A stretch of DNA of 25,371 nt from a virus (taxonomy: Duplodnaviria; Caudoviricetes), in IMG/VR virus record IMGVR_UViG_3300025610_000127, positions 1 through 25,371 of that record; one strand, 5' to 3'. The notes below the pieces were generated by a model. That model was not told the DNA's origin. It saw only the letters and a list, made by a program, of their open reading frames with translations, and searched no databases. Below, piece by piece: positions 23,240 to 25,371 of the stretch (its first letter is position 1; the number at the start of each line of letters is the position of its first letter). The position numbers and the translations under genes were made by a program.

Positions 23240-24258
23240 TGGATTTTTTAAAGGATATTGTAAAAGAGATTGGAGATGACTACACAAAACTCGCAGCAGA
23301 CATTGACGAGACTGAAACTTTTGTTGACACGGGTTCGTACATTTTTAATGGACTTGTTTCAGGGTCTATATTTGGTGGTGTATCTGGGAATAAGATTACT
23401 GCCATTGCTGGGGAGTCTAGTACTGGAAAAACTTTTTTCAGCCTCGCTGTTGTTAAAAATTTCCTTAATAGCAATCCTGATGGGTATTGTTTATATTTTG
23501 ACACTGAGGCTGCTGTTAATAAATCCCTTCTTGCATCTAGGGGTATTGACCTGAATCGTGTAGTTGTTGTAAATGTTGTTACAGTTGAAGAGTTTCGTAG
23601 CAAAGCACTGAAAGCTGTAGATATATACCTTAAGAAATCCGAAGAGGAACGCAAACCCTGCATGTTTGTGCTAGACTCTTTGGGGATGCTTTCCACAGAG
23701 AAGGAGATTACTGACGCACTCAACGACAAACAAGTTCGGGATATGACTAAATCTCAACTTATTAAAGGCGCGTTTCGTATGCTCACTCTCAAGTTGGGGC
23801 AGGCAAACATTCCTATGATTGTTACTAATCACACCTACGATGTCATTGGCGCTTATGTTCCTACAAAGGAGATGGGAGGCGGTTCTGGTCTTAAGTATGC
23901 TGCTTCTACTATCATCCATCTCTCAAAGAAAAAAGAGAAAGACGGAACAGAAATTGTCGGAAATCTTATCAAGGCAAAGACTGCTAAGTCGCGTTTAAGC
24001 AAGGAGAATCAAGATGTTACGGTGCGTCTTTATTACGATGAGCGTGGTCTTGATCGATATTATGGTCTTCTTGAGTTGGGAGAATGTGCTGGGATGTGGA
24101 AAAACGTTGCAGGTCGTTATGAGATGACTGTTGACGGAGAAACTAAGAAAGTATATGCTAAGGCAATCTTAAAAGATCCTGAAACCTATTTTACCGAAGA
24201 AGTAATGCAGCAACTTGATGCTGCCGCGAAACAAATTTTCTCCTATGGAACGAATTGA
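23239..24258 (+). CDS. uvsX: RecA-like recombinase UvsX
   Basis: VDTGSYIFN, Walker A GESSTGKT, YFDTE, VLDSLG, NHTY, MGGGSGLKYAAS, KSR. Confidence 0.96.
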   Translation: MDFLKDIVKEIGDDYTKLAADIDETETFVDTGSYIFNGLVSGSIFGGVSGNKITAIAGESSTGKTFFSLAVVKNFLNSNPDGYCLYFDTEAAVNKSLLASRGIDLNRVVVVNVVTVEEFRSKALKAVDIYLKKSEEERKPCMFVLDSLGMLSTEKEITDALNDKQVRDMTKSQLIKGAFRMLTLKLGQANIPMIVTNHTYDVIGAYVPTKEMGGGSGLKYAASTIIHLSKKKEKDGTEIVGNLIKAKTAKSRLSKENQDVTVRLYYDERGLDRYYGLLELGECAGMWKNVAGRYEMTVDGETKKVYAKAILKDPETYFTEEVMQQLDAAAKQIFSYGTN

Positions 24259-25371
24259 GACTACGATTCTCAAAAATTTAATACACAATGAGGAATACTC
24301 TCGTAAAGTTATTCCATTTATTGAACCAACATATTTTGAACAACGATCTGAAAAAGTGATCTTTGAGGAGATCACTCAGTTTATTATCAAGTATGGATCT
24401 GCAATTACAACTGAAGCACTAAATATTGAGGTTGAGAATAGGACGGATCTAAACGAGAGTGAAATTAAAGAGACAAGGGATGTTTGTAATTCTTTTAATG
24501 ACTCTCCTGTAGATCATCAATGGTTACTAGACACTACTGAAAAGTGGTGTCGTGATCGTGCGATTTATCTTGCTTTGATGGAATCTATCAGTATTGCTGA
24601 TGGGCAAGATGATAAAAAGAATCGAGATGCGATTCCAAGCATCCTGTCAGATGCTCTGGCAGTATCATTTGATAATAATATTGGACATGATTACTTACAA
24701 AACTACGAAGAACGATATGACTTCTACCATAAGAAGGAAGACAAAATTCCATTTGATCTCGAATACTTTAACAAAATCACGAAAGGTGGTTTACCTAACA
24801 AGACTCTTAACATCGCGCTTGCTGGTACAGGCGTCGGCAAGTCTTTATTCATGTGCCACGTCGCTAGCTCCGTGCTGCTCCAAGGGAGGAACGTTCTCTA
24901 TATTACAATGGAGATGGCAGAAGAGAAAATTGCTGAGCGAATTGACGCAAACCTCCTGAACGTTCCTATTCAAGATCTAACAGATCTTCCTAAATCTGCG
25001 TTTGAAAACAAAGTAACTAATCTTGCTAAGAAAACTCAAGGAACTCTTATAATTAAAGAATATCCGACTGCGAGCGCACACAGTGGACATTTTAAAGCAC
25101 TTCTTAATGAACTTGCACTTAAGAAGTCATTTAGACCTGATATTATTTTCATTGATTACCTTAATATATGTGCTTCCTCCCGTTATAAGTCGGGTATGTC
25201 TGTCAATTCATATTCATATATTAAGGCAATTGCAGAAGAGCTTCGAGGGTTGGCTGTCGAAACCGAGGTCCCTATCGTATCTGCCACCCAGACCACTCGT
25301 TCTGGTTATGGTAGCTCTGACGTTGACCTTACTGACACTTCTGAGTCCTTTGGTCTCCCTGCTACTGCTGA
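24245..25371 (+). CDS. gp41: Replicative DNA helicase gp41 (DnaB-like), 3' end lies outside the window
   Basis: Translated by hand from ATG 24245: MERIETTILKNLIHNEEYSRKVIPF...TEKWCRDRA...GHDY...LNIALAGTGVGKS...ITMEMAEE...IFIDYLNI...ATQTTR. It is absent from the ORF track because no stop occurs in the window. Confidence 0.96.
   Translation, partial: MERIETTILKNLIHNEEYSRKVIPFIEPTYFEQRSEKVIFEEITQFIIKYGSAITTEALNIEVENRTDLNESEIKETRDVCNSFNDSPVDHQWLLDTTEKWCRDRAIYLALMESISIADGQDDKKNRDAIPSILSDALAVSFDNNIGHDYLQNYEERYDFYHKKEDKIPFDLEYFNKITKGGLPNKTLNIALAGTGVGKSLFMCHVASSVLLQGRNVLYITMEMAEEKIAERIDANLLNVPIQDLTDLPKSAFENKVTNLAKKTQGTLIIKEYPTASAHSGHFKALLNELALKKSFRPDIIFIDYLNICASSRYKSGMSVNSYSYIKAIAEELRGLAVETEVPIVSATQTTRSGYGSSDVDLTDTSESFGLPATA

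Noticed and set aside
24594-24959. 121-aa + strand ORF
   Set aside because: Out-of-frame inside gp41, which is open from 24245 to the window end.
1-25371. tRNA, CRISPR array, recoded stop codons or transposase
   Set aside because: No cloverleaf, no regularly spaced repeat array and no transposase motifs were seen. All core genes are full length in the standard code and use TAA, TGA and TAG as stops.

Overview
This is a 25.4 kb piece of the conserved core genome of a T4-like marine cyanomyovirus (Synechococcus/Prochlorococcus phage type). All credible genes are on the + strand. The order is: gp23 (5'-truncated), gp3, uvsY, hypothetical, uvsW, Sm-like, gp55, gp47, DUF3110-like, gp46, small basic ORF, HEXXH/VWA protein, small acidic late protein, MoxR/CobS-like AAA+, DUF3310, sulfotransferase, gp45, two paralogous 3-TM proteins, DenV-like glycosylase, pebS, gp44, four small ORFs, dam, gp62, regA, hsp20, two micropeptides, two Sm-like ORFs, a ureohydrolase-like ORF, gp43, uvsX and gp41 (3'-truncated). 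I found no tRNA, rRNA, CRISPR, intron, intein or transposase. The most interesting signals are non-coding or very small: a ROSE-like RNA thermometer on hsp20, an NtcA-like/palindrome-controlled micropeptide pair, a candidate late sRNA next to Sm-like genes, a consensus antisense sigma70 promoter back-to-back with the gp55 promoter, and a 15-bp direct repeat bracketing an inserted ORF. All family assignments come from motif recognition by eye and memory; no database search was run.
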